Assembly: GCA_963793595.1 (NCBI GenBank)
Contig: CAWCBX010000007.1
Span: 3,588 to 67,587 of the forward strand
DNA from: an uncultured Gammaproteobacteria bacterium
GTDB lineage: Bacteria > Pseudomonadota > Gammaproteobacteria > GCA-001735895
Direction of reading: 5' to 3'
Length of the DNA stretch: 64,000 bases
Shown: piece by piece, positions 1 to 9,452 of the stretch
How the letters are laid out: each line of letters opens with the position of its first letter
Position numbering within the stretch: position 1 is the stretch's first letter
Made by a program: the position numbers and the translations under genes
Notes under the pieces: model-generated
Databases searched by the model: none
The model's input: only the letters and a program-made list of their open reading frames with translations
Told to the model about the DNA's origin: nothing

Positions 1-1342
1 TGGTAGCGGCAAAGGCGGCGTTTTACGAGGGTCCCTGGGGCAGGATGATGCCCGCCGAGCGCGGCCGCGTGATGCGCCGAATTGGTGATGTCATTTCGAA
101 ACACGCCGATCGACTCGGTGAAATCGAAACCCGCGACAACGGCAAGCTGCCGAAAAACATCACGCCTTCGCTCAAGCCGGATGCCTGGCAGGTCGACAGT
201 TGGCACTACTACGCGGGCATGTGCGACAAGTTCGAAGGCCGCCTGTTTCCCGCCGAAGTGCCGAACATGCACAACTATCTGAAATGGGAACCCTTCGGCG
301 TATGCGGCCTTATCCTGCCGTGGAATTCACCCATCGGCACCCTGATCTGGAAGCTCGCGCCCTGTCTCGCGGCGGGCAATACCGTGGTCATGAAACCCTC
401 CGAGCAGTCTTCCTGCTCCACGCTGGATTTGATGGAGGTGTTGCTGGAAGCCGATTTGCCACCGGGTGTGCTCAACGTCGTCACCGGCTTTGGCCCGACT
501 ACCGGCGAACCATTGATCGACCACCCGGATGTGCGCATGGTGTCGTTCACCGGCGGCACCGCAGGCGGGCGGGCCGCGGCGAGCGTGGCGGCACGTCAGG
601 TCAAACCGATCATTATGGAATTAGGCGGCAAGTCGCCGCAGATTGTTTTACCGGACGCCGACCTCGAGCTTGCCGTTAACGGCGTCGCCGCGGGTATCTT
701 TCCAGCGGGTGGGCAGAGTTGTATTTCCGGATCTCGACTGCTGGTGCACGAATCGATTATCGACGAATTTACCGCGGCGCCTGGTCGATGTGGTCAGCAA
801 AGCGCGCGTGGGTGATCCCAATGACCCAAACACGCAGATAGGTCCCATGGCCAATCGCCCGCACTACGAAAGTGTTCTGGCGCGTATCGACGCCGCCGAG
901 AAAGCCGGTCACAAGATGCTGCTCGACGGTCGCAGCGCCTGCCGCGACAAGGGTTACTACATCGGCCCGACGGTGTTCGCCAACGTGCCCAACAGTGCCG
1001 ATCTGGCGCAAAACGAAACCTTCGGCCCGGTGGTGTCGACCGAGAGCTGGGACGATGAAGAAGAAGCTGGTTCGCATCGCCAACGACACCATGTACGGTC
1101 TTGCGGCTGGTATCTGGTCGCGCGATGTCACCCGCGCCATGCGCATGGCCGATCGCATCGAGGCGGGGACGGTTTACATCAACAATTACTTCAACGCCGC
1201 GACGCAGTCCCCGGTTGGCGGTTTCAAGCAGTCCGGGTATGGCCGTGAAAACGGTTTCGAAGGTATGCGTTGTTTTATGCAGACCAAATCCGTCTGGCTG
1301 TCCACCAGTCCATCGCAACCCGATCCGTTTGCAGAGGATTAG
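1..1342 (+). pseudogene. NAD(P)+-dependent aldehyde dehydrogenase, 5'-partial, interrupted by two +1 frameshifts (pseudogene or sequencing errors)
   Basis: Three ORF pieces (45-815, 643-1248, 872-1342, in frames 0/1/2) read as one ALDH. Motifs: PWNSP, VMKPSE, ELGGKSP, GGQSCISGSR (catalytic Cys), ETFGPV, GGFKQSGYGRE. Homology jumps frame near 774-779 (DEFT|RLVDVV) and near 1066-1070 (DDEEEA|VRIANDT). Confidence 0.75.
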
Positions 1343-1344
1343 AT

Positions 1345-2307
1345 ATGTCAGATGAAACGTCAACATACCAACCGAAAATAATCGAAGTACCACCGCTATA
1401 CGCCTGGCCACCGCGACCACTCAAAGCCCTGCGCTACCTGCTGATTGATCTGTTTTATCCCTGGGGTTTTATTTACCTCGCCCTGGCGTTTCCGACCTGG
1501 TGGTACCTGACACCCGCGCTCGAAAGCATGGCTCATTTCGAGCCAGGCTGGATCGCACTATTATGGTTGCGTAACTGTGCTTTCCTGTTCCTGTTTGCCG
1601 GGGGGTTGCACTGGTACCTGCACCGGCGCCGGGCGCAGGGCGACGCCTATAGGCTTAATCGCAGGGATTTGTCCAACGACAGCAAGCTGTTCCTGTGGCA
1701 CGACCAGGTCAAGGACAATATGTTCTGGAGCATTGCTTCAGGGGTTACGATCTGGACCGGGTTCGAGGCGATCAGCTACTGGATTTACGCGAGCGGCCGA
1801 TTACCGATCATCGACAACCCATGGTATTTCGTTGCCTGTATATACCTGTTGTTTCTATGGTCAACGGCGAATTTTTATGCGATACATCGAGTACTCCATT
1901 TCCAGCCGATCTACAGGCACGTACACGAATTGCATCATCGCAACGTCGATATCGGGCCGTGGAGCGGCATTTCGATGCATCCGCTCGAACACCTGTTTTA
2001 CTTTTCGCCGTTCGTGCTCTGGTGGTTCGTGCCGGTTCACCCGGTCATCATTATTCTGACCGGCTTTTACCAGGGTCTGAATCCGTCGCTATCGCATTCC
2101 GGATTCGACTATGTCGGCCTCGGCGGCAAGCTGCGCCTGAAGACCGGCGACTGGTACCACCAGCTGCATCACCAGTATTTCAACTTGAATTACGGTAATA
2201 CGCCGACGCCTTTTGACAAGGTTTTCGGCAGTTGGCACGATGGCAGCCGGGATTCGCTCAAGATACAGAAGGAGCGCATTCGCAGTCGTCGCCAGAAAGC
2301 AGTTTGA
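1345..2307 (+). CDS. Fatty acid hydroxylase / sterol desaturase family integral membrane protein
   Basis: His boxes HRVLH, HELHHRN and HQLHHQYF sit in a multi-TM protein. The ATG at 1345 lies just after the ALDH stop. The longer ORF from 1270 overlaps the ALDH tail. Confidence 0.75.
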   Translation: MSDETSTYQPKIIEVPPLYAWPPRPLKALRYLLIDLFYPWGFIYLALAFPTWWYLTPALESMAHFEPGWIALLWLRNCAFLFLFAGGLHWYLHRRRAQGDAYRLNRRDLSNDSKLFLWHDQVKDNMFWSIASGVTIWTGFEAISYWIYASGRLPIIDNPWYFVACIYLLFLWSTANFYAIHRVLHFQPIYRHVHELHHRNVDIGPWSGISMHPLEHLFYFSPFVLWWFVPVHPVIIILTGFYQGLNPSLSHSGFDYVGLGGKLRLKTGDWYHQLHHQYFNLNYGNTPTPFDKVFGSWHDGSRDSLKIQKERIRSRRQKAV

Positions 2308-2310
2308 ATA

Positions 2311-2344
2311 TTAAGGTGACTAATTAAGTTAACTGTCACCTTAA
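2311..2344 (+). terminator. Perfect 10-bp inverted repeat (TTAAGGTGAC-N14-GTCACCTTAA) downstream of the hydroxylase gene; terminator-like hairpin or operator
   Basis: Read directly at 2311-2320 and 2335-2344. No clear T-tract follows. Confidence 0.4.
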
Positions 2345-2378
2345 TTCAATATCATTGGTATGAAAGTGGAGCCTGACA

Positions 2379-3212
2379 ATGAAAAGAATCTATGATTTCA
2401 GCCGCAGTCCGTCGGCGCGTAACTATACCGTCGCTGACCTGCAGGCGCTGAAGGGTTCAGATATGAAACTCAGCATGAGCAACCCGAAAGATGCTGTCGA
2501 GGTTCAGGCCTGTATTGACGCCGGTATCGACCTGCTGGTGGTCTGGGACAGTCAACTGGAAGAGGTGAGACGCGTGGCTCCGCATCATTTTATGGGTGTT
2601 GGTAGCACCTGGTCGCAGTTCGGCAAGTCTGAAGAGATTCTGGACCACGCCTTTGAGATGATGCGCAAGGGTGGAGATATGTATTACACGCTGCGCTCTT
2701 TCGAGGTGATGGAAATGCTGTCCAGGGAAGGGATTCCGGTGCAAAGCCATATCGGTCTGATACCGACGCTCAGTCATTGGTGCGGGGGCTTACGCGGCTG
2801 GGGACGCACAGCCGATGAAGCCATGGAAATCTACCGCACGCTGAAGCGCATGGAAGATGTTGGTGTGTTTGCCGTCGAAGCCGAATGTATCGCTGAGGAT
2901 GTGCTGGAAGCCGTCAACGAAAAGACCTCGATTGTTACTTTCTCTCTCGGCTCGGGCATGGCGGGTGACGTCATCATGTCGTTTGTGTCGGATATTTGCG
3001 GCGAGGACAGCGAGGAAGAAAAGCCGCCCAGGCATGCCCATGCATTCGGCAACCTGGCGCGTTTACATAAGCAGATGTATGAGGAACGCGTCGCTGCGCT
3101 GAAAGAATTCCACAGCGAGGTCACCAACAAAAAATTTCCCTACGCTGAAACCAATATCTCCATGCATCCGCATGAAAAGGACAAGTTCCTGGAAGCGCTG
3201 GACAAGGGGTGA
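2379..3212 (+). CDS. Divergent ketopantoate hydroxymethyltransferase (PanB)-like protein
   Basis: Collinear with E. coli PanB as recalled: TVADLQALK..., LLVVWDS (vs LVGDS), SHIGLIPT (vs GHLGLTPQ), GG.RGWGR (vs GGYKVQGR), AECI (vs LECV), SLGSG (vs GIGAG). The middle segment is shorter than in PanB. Confidence 0.55.
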   Translation: MKRIYDFSRSPSARNYTVADLQALKGSDMKLSMSNPKDAVEVQACIDAGIDLLVVWDSQLEEVRRVAPHHFMGVGSTWSQFGKSEEILDHAFEMMRKGGDMYYTLRSFEVMEMLSREGIPVQSHIGLIPTLSHWCGGLRGWGRTADEAMEIYRTLKRMEDVGVFAVEAECIAEDVLEAVNEKTSIVTFSLGSGMAGDVIMSFVSDICGEDSEEEKPPRHAHAFGNLARLHKQMYEERVAALKEFHSEVTNKKFPYAETNISMHPHEKDKFLEALDKG

Positions 3213-3313
3213 CAGAAGGAAGGGCCGGTTTTACCGGCCGGCAGGGGGCGGATCACGTTTACTTCGTAAGCCGATACAGTACGATTTTTCGTGGTCAGCC
3301 CCTGATTTCCCGA

Positions 3314-4231
3314 TCAGCGAAACAATGAATGAACGGGTTCCTCTTTTCTACTGTGGCCAAATAATACTTCGATAAATCCGGCCAGTAAGATAGCGATAGC
3401 GCCCACCCACTGCATCAATAGCATCTTTTCTTCTGGAACCAGGATGGCAGCGCTGACAATGGCGACAATCACTTCCGACATGGTCAAGATACCAACGCGT
3501 CCGGGAAACAATAATTGCGAAACTCTAAAAATAATACAAAAGCAGGGTAGCAGGATAAAAATGGACCAGAAGGCGGCTGTGGGAAAAGCCGTTTTTAGCA
3601 TCGTAAAGTCGGGCAGCGGATCAACATAAAAGACCCCGGCAAAAATGGCCGAAAAGGCTGTCGTTGAAACGAATATAAAGGCGGCTAATGGCAGGATGGG
3701 AATATTCGACCAGCGGTTTAGTGTAGCCACGCCGATTGCCCAGAAGATACCCGACAAGAAACTATAGAGATCACCGATGTTAAGTGGGTAATCCGAGGAT
3801 TCGCCGTTTGATAATAATAAAAATAATCCTGAAAATGCCACGCCAATAGCAATGATGCGTGCTTTGGTTAAGTGTTCGGATAGCCACATTACCCCGATCA
3901 AGGTGGACCAGACAGGTGTTAAGTAATAGAGCAGCGTGGCTCTGACGATAGTGGTTTCTACCAACCCGTTTGCGTACAGCGTGAAAGCCATACCGATCAT
4001 GATCGCGGCGAGAAGCGTGGGTCCGAGGCTACCGATTAACTTCTTGAAATTAAACACCAGCCACGGGCATAACACGATCAATGGGCATGCGTTAAAAAAG
4101 ACAACACTCCAGGAGCCCGATAGACCCGCATTTTCTATGCTCCTTAGAGGAAACCAGTAAAGGCCCCAGGCCGCGGCACTTAAAGAGATCGCCAGACTTA
4201 AGGTTTTGTCGGAATGTTCTTTTGAAAACAT
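3314..4231 (-). CDS. EamA/DMT-family transporter
   Basis: A ~10-TM hydrophobic protein of 305 aa with the two-fold EamA-like repeat architecture. Confidence 0.65.
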   Translation of the reverse strand: MFSKEHSDKTLSLAISLSAAAWGLYWFPLRSIENAGLSGSWSVVFFNACPLIVLCPWLVFNFKKLIGSLGPTLLAAIMIGMAFTLYANGLVETTIVRATLLYYLTPVWSTLIGVMWLSEHLTKARIIAIGVAFSGLFLLLSNGESSDYPLNIGDLYSFLSGIFWAIGVATLNRWSNIPILPLAAFIFVSTTAFSAIFAGVFYVDPLPDFTMLKTAFPTAAFWSIFILLPCFCIIFRVSQLLFPGRVGILTMSEVIVAIVSAAILVPEEKMLLMQWVGAIAILLAGFIEVLFGHSRKEEPVHSLFR

Positions 4232-4708
4232 GTTGTTTTATTGTCTGTTTTTAGTAATCAGCTGCCGTAGGGGTATGGGAAGGCAGTATACCTAATGCAA
4301 CATACACAGTTTGTGAGTTGGCATCCCGGCATTAGAAACATTTATTCGCTGATCTGTACATAAGTATCTAGTTAAATAAGTCGGCACGTTTGAAATCTCT
4401 TTATACTGGCCAATGAAGAACATGGGTCAGGGAGCAGTAGATCCTGACCTTAGCGGAAATTGCTTTCCGAGCCAAATTTCCAGTCTTGCCTCAAGCAGGC
4501 AAACCGGCGGTATAGCTGATTCAATAATTTTGATTCAAAAACGCGAAAAAGATTAATTTATTAAAGGTTGCGGTTTTGGCAATATACAAAAGCGTCGTAT
4601 CGATACGCCGCGCAACAAACCAACGCAGCCGTTCCACAAGCGAGGATGCAAACGTGATTCGCACTGGTAAACATTACAAAAATTCAATTCAGGATGGGAG
4701 AGCCTTAT

Positions 4709-5962
4709 ATGCCAACTGAAAAAGTAGAGACGCTCGTTGTTGGCGGCGGCCAGGCGGGAGTGGCCATGAGCGAGCACCTCAGTAACTGCGGCGTGCCTCA
4801 CCTCGTTCTGGAACGACACCGAATTGCCGAACGCTGGCGCTCGGAAAGATGGGACTCTCTGGTTGCTAATGGTCCGGCCTGGCATGATCGATTTCCTGGC
4901 ATGGAGTTCTCTGATGTCGATCCTGACGCCTTTGCTCCCAAGGAGCGCGTTGCGGACTATTTTGTGGCTTACGCAGAAATGATCAAGGCTCCCATCCGTT
5001 GCGGTGTGGAGGTCAAGGAAGTGCGCAGGAATGTTGGCCGCCCCGGTTTCCGTGTCGAAACGTCGGATGGCGTGATCGAAGCCAACAGTGTGGTTGCCGC
5101 CACCGGACCTTTCCAACGCCCCGTTATTCCACCCGTGATCCCTGAAGATGCTGGAATTTCGCAGATTCATTCCAACGCTTACCATAATCCCGAGCAGTTG
5201 CCTGAGGGTGCGGTGTTAGTCGTCGGAGCAGGGTCATCGGGAGCGCAGATCGCGGATGAACTTTTGCGTGCAGGTAAGCCTGTCTACCTCTCGGTCGGCC
5301 CGCATGACCTTCCTCCGCGAAGCTATCGTGGGCGTGACTTCGTCTGGTGGCTGGGAGTCCTCGGCAAGTGGGATGTCGCGGCCCTCGAGCCAGGCATGGA
5401 ACATGTCACGATCGCGGTGAGCGGCGCCCATGGCGGTCATACGGTCGATTTCCGGCGTCTCGCCGAGCAGGGGATGACACTCGTCGGTCGGACGGAATCA
5501 TTCAAAGATGGTGTGATGCACTTCGCGACGGATCTCGCGGACAATATAGCTCAAGGGAATGCGAACACCCTGTCTGTGCTGGACGAAGCCGACGCTTATG
5601 TTGCCCGCAATGGCCTCGACCTTCCGCAAGAGCCTGAAGCCCGCAAAGTTGGACCGGACCCACAGTGCGTGACTGATCCCATTCTGCAGTTGAACCTGGC
5701 AGAGGCCGGGATCACTTCGGTCATCTGGGCAACAGGCTTTGCAGTTGATTACAGCTGGTTGAAGGTTGACGCGTTTGACGAAGCAGGCAAGCCGAAACAT
5801 GAGCGCGGTGTTTCGGCTGAGCCCGGGATCTATTTCCTGGGATTGCCGTGGCTATCGCGCAGGGGATCCTCCTTCATCTGGGGTGTCTGGCACGACGCCA
5901 TGTATCTCGCGGACCAGATTTCGATACAACGCCAGTATCTGGAGTACAGCCCTCGCGCGTAG
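4709..5962 (+). CDS. FAD/NAD(P)-binding flavin monooxygenase-like oxidoreductase (CzcO/FMO-like)
   Basis: Two dinucleotide-binding motifs: VVGGGQAG near the N-terminus and VVGAGSSGAQIA mid-protein. GGGAGA lies 7 nt before the ATG at 4709. Confidence 0.75.
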   Translation: MPTEKVETLVVGGGQAGVAMSEHLSNCGVPHLVLERHRIAERWRSERWDSLVANGPAWHDRFPGMEFSDVDPDAFAPKERVADYFVAYAEMIKAPIRCGVEVKEVRRNVGRPGFRVETSDGVIEANSVVAATGPFQRPVIPPVIPEDAGISQIHSNAYHNPEQLPEGAVLVVGAGSSGAQIADELLRAGKPVYLSVGPHDLPPRSYRGRDFVWWLGVLGKWDVAALEPGMEHVTIAVSGAHGGHTVDFRRLAEQGMTLVGRTESFKDGVMHFATDLADNIAQGNANTLSVLDEADAYVARNGLDLPQEPEARKVGPDPQCVTDPILQLNLAEAGITSVIWATGFAVDYSWLKVDAFDEAGKPKHERGVSAEPGIYFLGLPWLSRRGSSFIWGVWHDAMYLADQISIQRQYLEYSPRA

Positions 5963-6009
5963 CGCGAGTCTGCAGGAAGATAACAAATTCCGGACTAACC
6001 CATTGATGC

Positions 6010-6825
6010 TTATCTGTCATCAAGTTTGCCCTGTAGAAATTCGGTGATGCGCTGGTAAGCTAAAGGATCGTGATCGTAAAAGTCGTGTCCCCCCTGGAAA
6101 AACTGTAATTTTGATTGCTCAATTTGCCGATTGATGGCTTCAAGGTTTGCCGGCGGCGCTATGCCGTCGTAAGCGCCTCCGGCGATAAAAACCGGTAGTT
6201 TAAGCCGGGGTAAACGCGCAAAGGTATCGTGGTCGATACGTGCCTCGAGTTGGCGCCGGGCACCGGTTTCCCGACCAGGTTCGTCGGCACCGGCATTGCG
6301 GGCATTGCGCTGCGCCAAAATAGCCTGGTAGCGCTCAGGGTTTTGTTGCTGCCAATCGGCATCTTGACGGCTATCAGTGATTGCCACCAATATGGAATTC
6401 ATTTCGTCTTCGGGTAATTCGGGCAATTCATGGAAGGGATAGGAATGGCCTCCAGCACCACCGCTGCTGGTACAGCAAAGCACCAGGCGATCGATGCAAT
6501 CGGCATGACGCAGGGCGAGCTCCTGCGCCACCATGCCGCCAAACGAAATACCCACCACATGGCAACGGCCCCAGTCGAGAGCCTGTATTAATCCGGCGGC
6601 GTCGTCGGCATAGTCTTCCATGCTATAGCGGATATCCGGTCGTTCGGTTTGTCCGAGGCCTCGTTGGTCGAAGGCGAGAATTTCAAAATGATCTGCCAGT
6701 GGCGAGTCGAAAATATCGGGCTTGTTACGCAGGTCGGCACCGGTGCCGGAGATGTAGAGTAAGCGCGGGCCCTGGCCCGATATTTCATAATAAATTTGAA
6801 TATCGCGTACGCTGATAAAGGGCAT
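6010..6825 (-). CDS. Alpha/beta-fold hydrolase
   Basis: Nucleophile elbow GISFGG, an HG-type N-terminal block (LLYISGTG) and a C-terminal GGHDF His. The likely start is MPFISVRD (6825) rather than the ORF maximum at 6882. Confidence 0.75.
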   Translation of the reverse strand: MPFISVRDIQIYYEISGQGPRLLYISGTGADLRNKPDIFDSPLADHFEILAFDQRGLGQTERPDIRYSMEDYADDAAGLIQALDWGRCHVVGISFGGMVAQELALRHADCIDRLVLCCTSSGGAGGHSYPFHELPELPEDEMNSILVAITDSRQDADWQQQNPERYQAILAQRNARNAGADEPGRETGARRQLEARIDHDTFARLPRLKLPVFIAGGAYDGIAPPANLEAINRQIEQSKLQFFQGGHDFYDHDPLAYQRITEFLQGKLDDR

Positions 6826-7057
6826 GGCAGTTCCGGCTGCAGAGAGGCGTTTCAGTGTACCGATAAAATACGTCGAATTCACGGAACCTGTTTGAAATTA
6901 TGGTGGTATGCCTAAAAGGTAAAAGGGGTCGGTGACATTTGCGAGTGATAATCATTTGTTACCGGCCCTTTAATCTGATGGCCCCCTGCAGGGGCAGTTT
7001 AGAGGGGTCAAGATCAGAATAAGAAGCTAGAATAGCTGCAATTGATACAGGACGAGA

Positions 7058-7279
7058 GTGAAAGCTATGCGTTGGCGAGAAGGCCAGGAAGTAGACCCGG
7101 ACAACCCCTATCCCGAAAGTACTCAGATGATGATGGAAATGGCGTACTGGATGTCCATTCCGATTGGCCTGGTTTTATTGTGGATGGGGATCAAGGGTCG
7201 TGTGATGTGGCTCAAGGTGTGGAGCGTTGGTTTGATGGTCCTTGGTATCGGCATTCTTGTTACCGGGTATTTTACTTAG
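7058..7279 (+). CDS. Small two-TM membrane protein, unknown function
   Basis: A 73-aa ORF with two hydrophobic helices (IPIGLVLLWMGI, VGLMVLGIGILVTGYF). No recognisable family. Confidence 0.35.
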   Translation: MKAMRWREGQEVDPDNPYPESTQMMMEMAYWMSIPIGLVLLWMGIKGRVMWLKVWSVGLMVLGIGILVTGYFT

Positions 7280-7463
7280 CCTGGCCCAACGGCTGATCCT
7301 GATTTCCGGCGGTAATTGAAAACCGGCCCGATTCAATCAGGCTAAACTGCCCAACTGGGACTGACGGGGTACAGGGTTCAAAGCGGGGGAGAGTTGGGGT
7401 TCCCCGCTCCTCTGCCAGCTAGTACCCTTTGCTTGCAGTAGCCTGGAGTCGATTACCTTCGGA

Positions 7464-7778
7464 TTACCCTCGTAACCAGGAATGTGCCGCCCGGATTTCC
7501 CCCACGTCAGCGCTGATTTGTGAGAATGTGTTGTCACGTGATTGATAGGCCAACAGAACAATCTGCAGCGCCACCGGCTTAAACACCTCTCCTGCGTTGG
7601 TTAACTTCACCGGCTGGACAGTCCGATCAATCAGCTCCGCTCCAAGCCAGCTTTCAAGAGTTTTAATACGTCGGCTGAATGCTGGTTGGGACAGGCATCG
7701 TCGTTGTGAAGAGATGCGGAAATTTCGCGTATCACAAAGAGAAAGAAAATCCTCTAGCCACTTAAGTTCGATTGTCGT
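7464..7778 (-). pseudogene. LysR-family regulator remnant (N-terminal HTH only, no start codon, ~100 codons)
   Basis: My translation of the minus strand gives TTIELKWLEDFLSLCDTRNFRISSQRRCLSQPAFSRRIKTLESWLGAELIDRTVQPVKLTNAGEVF..., a typical LysR wHTH. It is followed by an early TAA at 7464-7466. There is no effector domain in any frame. Confidence 0.7.
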
Positions 7779-8088
7779 TACTCGCTTTGGTAAATCAGGC
7801 AGTCACTGGAAGAACTGAAACCAGCGAGCGGCTGAAAGAGTTGAGGGAGCATAGGAAATATTAACACCCTATTTTCACTATTCCACCAATTAAAGAAGAG
7901 ATTCGCGAGGCCGTTCGGTCCTGAGGGCATCCAAAATCTGACCAATCCCCGCCAACGCTTACAATATTGCCCCTTCCCACTGGATTATCCAGCCGACGTC
8001 AGCCACCAGGCATGCCGACTAGCGGCTGAAAATCGACGTAACCGATTGATTCCAGGAGGGAAGGGGTGGGTGCGCCCAAGGGCATAAA

Positions 8089-8146
8089 GGCCCGTCAGGA
8101 CTTGCGAAGTGCCCTGCGGGTAAACCTCCGAGCAATGGATTATGAG
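8089..8146 (-). repeat. Degenerate copy of the 3' half of the tRNA(CAT) at 10543-10619 (candidate att remnant)
   Basis: 8123-8146 matches tRNA positions 10564-10587 at 23/24 nt. 8089-8104 matches 10548-10563 at 14/16 nt. The orientation is the same, and 18 extra nt separate the two blocks. Confidence 0.6.
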
Positions 8147-8765
8147 CCAAAGTAAATGATGGCAATTGCGCGAGTAAGTCGAAGATCGGTAACGATATTA
8201 TTTTTACGCTATCGTATTCTCGAAGGCTACTATAGACATCGTGGATTGCGCTGGCTTCCTTTGACACGTTCCGGGAAATATCGCGTTAGTCCGCCATTTA
8301 CTGAGCAAACATTAAAACCAGTATCAGGGCATGGAGTGCGCCCAGGCGAGCGATAATAGTCGTAGACATTGGTATCGAATCTTTGTCAATGTGGGGTCAT
8401 AAAAGGATGCGCGTCACTCCGTAGAGAATGAACGCTTACAATATGGCGACAACTATGAAGATCAAGACTCCTGGCAGAGGAGAGTGGAGTAGAAAATTTT
8501 CGAAAGCATTCATAGTCTCGTAGTATAAAGTGATTTCGATTTCGTTATCAATTTGAGACTGTCAACTCTTCATTACCATGTGATCGAATCGTGAATTAAG
8601 GTTAACTTTATTGAATACTTGGGGGTCCGTTGTTGGCCGAAGATTCCTTCTTACCAGGGTTTGCTTTGGAGAATCGGGTGGCACAAGCGGCGATATTATC
8701 CTGGTAAAGTCTGACTGGACAGGTGGTAAGCTAGGACACCGACGAGTAATAGAGGAAGTGCATTA

Positions 8766-9452
8766 ATGCCGGGGGATCATGCGAGATTAAGTCCATCAGC
8801 TGCTGAACGGTGGTTTGCCTGCCCAGGTGCACCCAATGCCGAGGCGGGATTGCCCGAGAGCACAAGCCCGGCAGCCAGTGAAGGCACCCGCGCACATACG
8901 ATACTTGAACAGGCATTGACTGAGCGCAAACCCGTTAAACATTTCCGAGGGCAGGCCGACGATGATGAAATGCTGCGGCATGTCGGTGCTGCATGGGCGT
9001 TAATTCTGGGATATCAGGGATCAACCGGTAGCCTTACCATAGAAGTGAAAACTGATGCAGGGGAAAGCATGGGCCGCGATGATTTATACGGCACTGCGGA
9101 TGCGGTGATTTGGCATGGCAGCCACCTTACTGTGCTGGATTTGAAATATGGGTTTTGGCCGGTTTCACCTGTGGCGAATAAGCAGTTACAGATTTATGCA
9201 GTAGGAGCCGCAGCACAGGCAGCAAAGACAGTCGAAACCATAACTCTCGGCATTATCCAGCCACGCACCGATGGGCCACCCTTGAAACTGCATACGATGA
9301 CCAGGGCGGAGCTGGTTTTATTCGCGCATGAATTGAAGCAGGCTGCATCGGCTACGGATAGTCAAGACCCACCCCGTAAAGCAGGCGATCACTGCCGGTT
9401 TTGCAGGGCAGCAAGCCAATGCCCGACACTGGCGCAAGGTGGCATGATTTAA
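8766..9452 (+). CDS. PD-(D/E)XK (Cas4/RecB-like) nuclease, DUF2800-like, probably C-terminally truncated
   Basis: N-terminal HARLSPSAAERWFACPG, the nuclease core D-x13-DLK (GTADAVIWHGSHLTVLDLKYG), QIY, and the C-terminal Cys cluster CRFCRAASQC. The ORF stops 9 aa after the cluster. Confidence 0.6.
   Translation: MPGDHARLSPSAAERWFACPGAPNAEAGLPESTSPAASEGTRAHTILEQALTERKPVKHFRGQADDDEMLRHVGAAWALILGYQGSTGSLTIEVKTDAGESMGRDDLYGTADAVIWHGSHLTVLDLKYGFWPVSPVANKQLQIYAVGAAAQAAKTVETITLGIIQPRTDGPPLKLHTMTRAELVLFAHELKQAASATDSQDPPRKAGDHCRFCRAASQCPTLAQGGMI

Noticed and set aside
7367-7427. A nested hairpin GGGTAC...AGCGGGG-N13-CCCCGCT...GTACCC with a tRNA-T-loop-like GGTTCAAAG.
   Set aside because: It does not fold into a cloverleaf on either strand and has no T-tract. 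It is most likely leftover structure in decayed sequence.
8436-8513. A 25-aa hydrophobic minus-strand ORF (MNAFENFLLHSPLPGVLIFIVVAIL), considered as a type I toxin-like peptide.
   Set aside because: There is no ribosome-binding site, no antisense RNA signature and no conservation evidence. ORFs of this length arise by chance in AT-rich debris.
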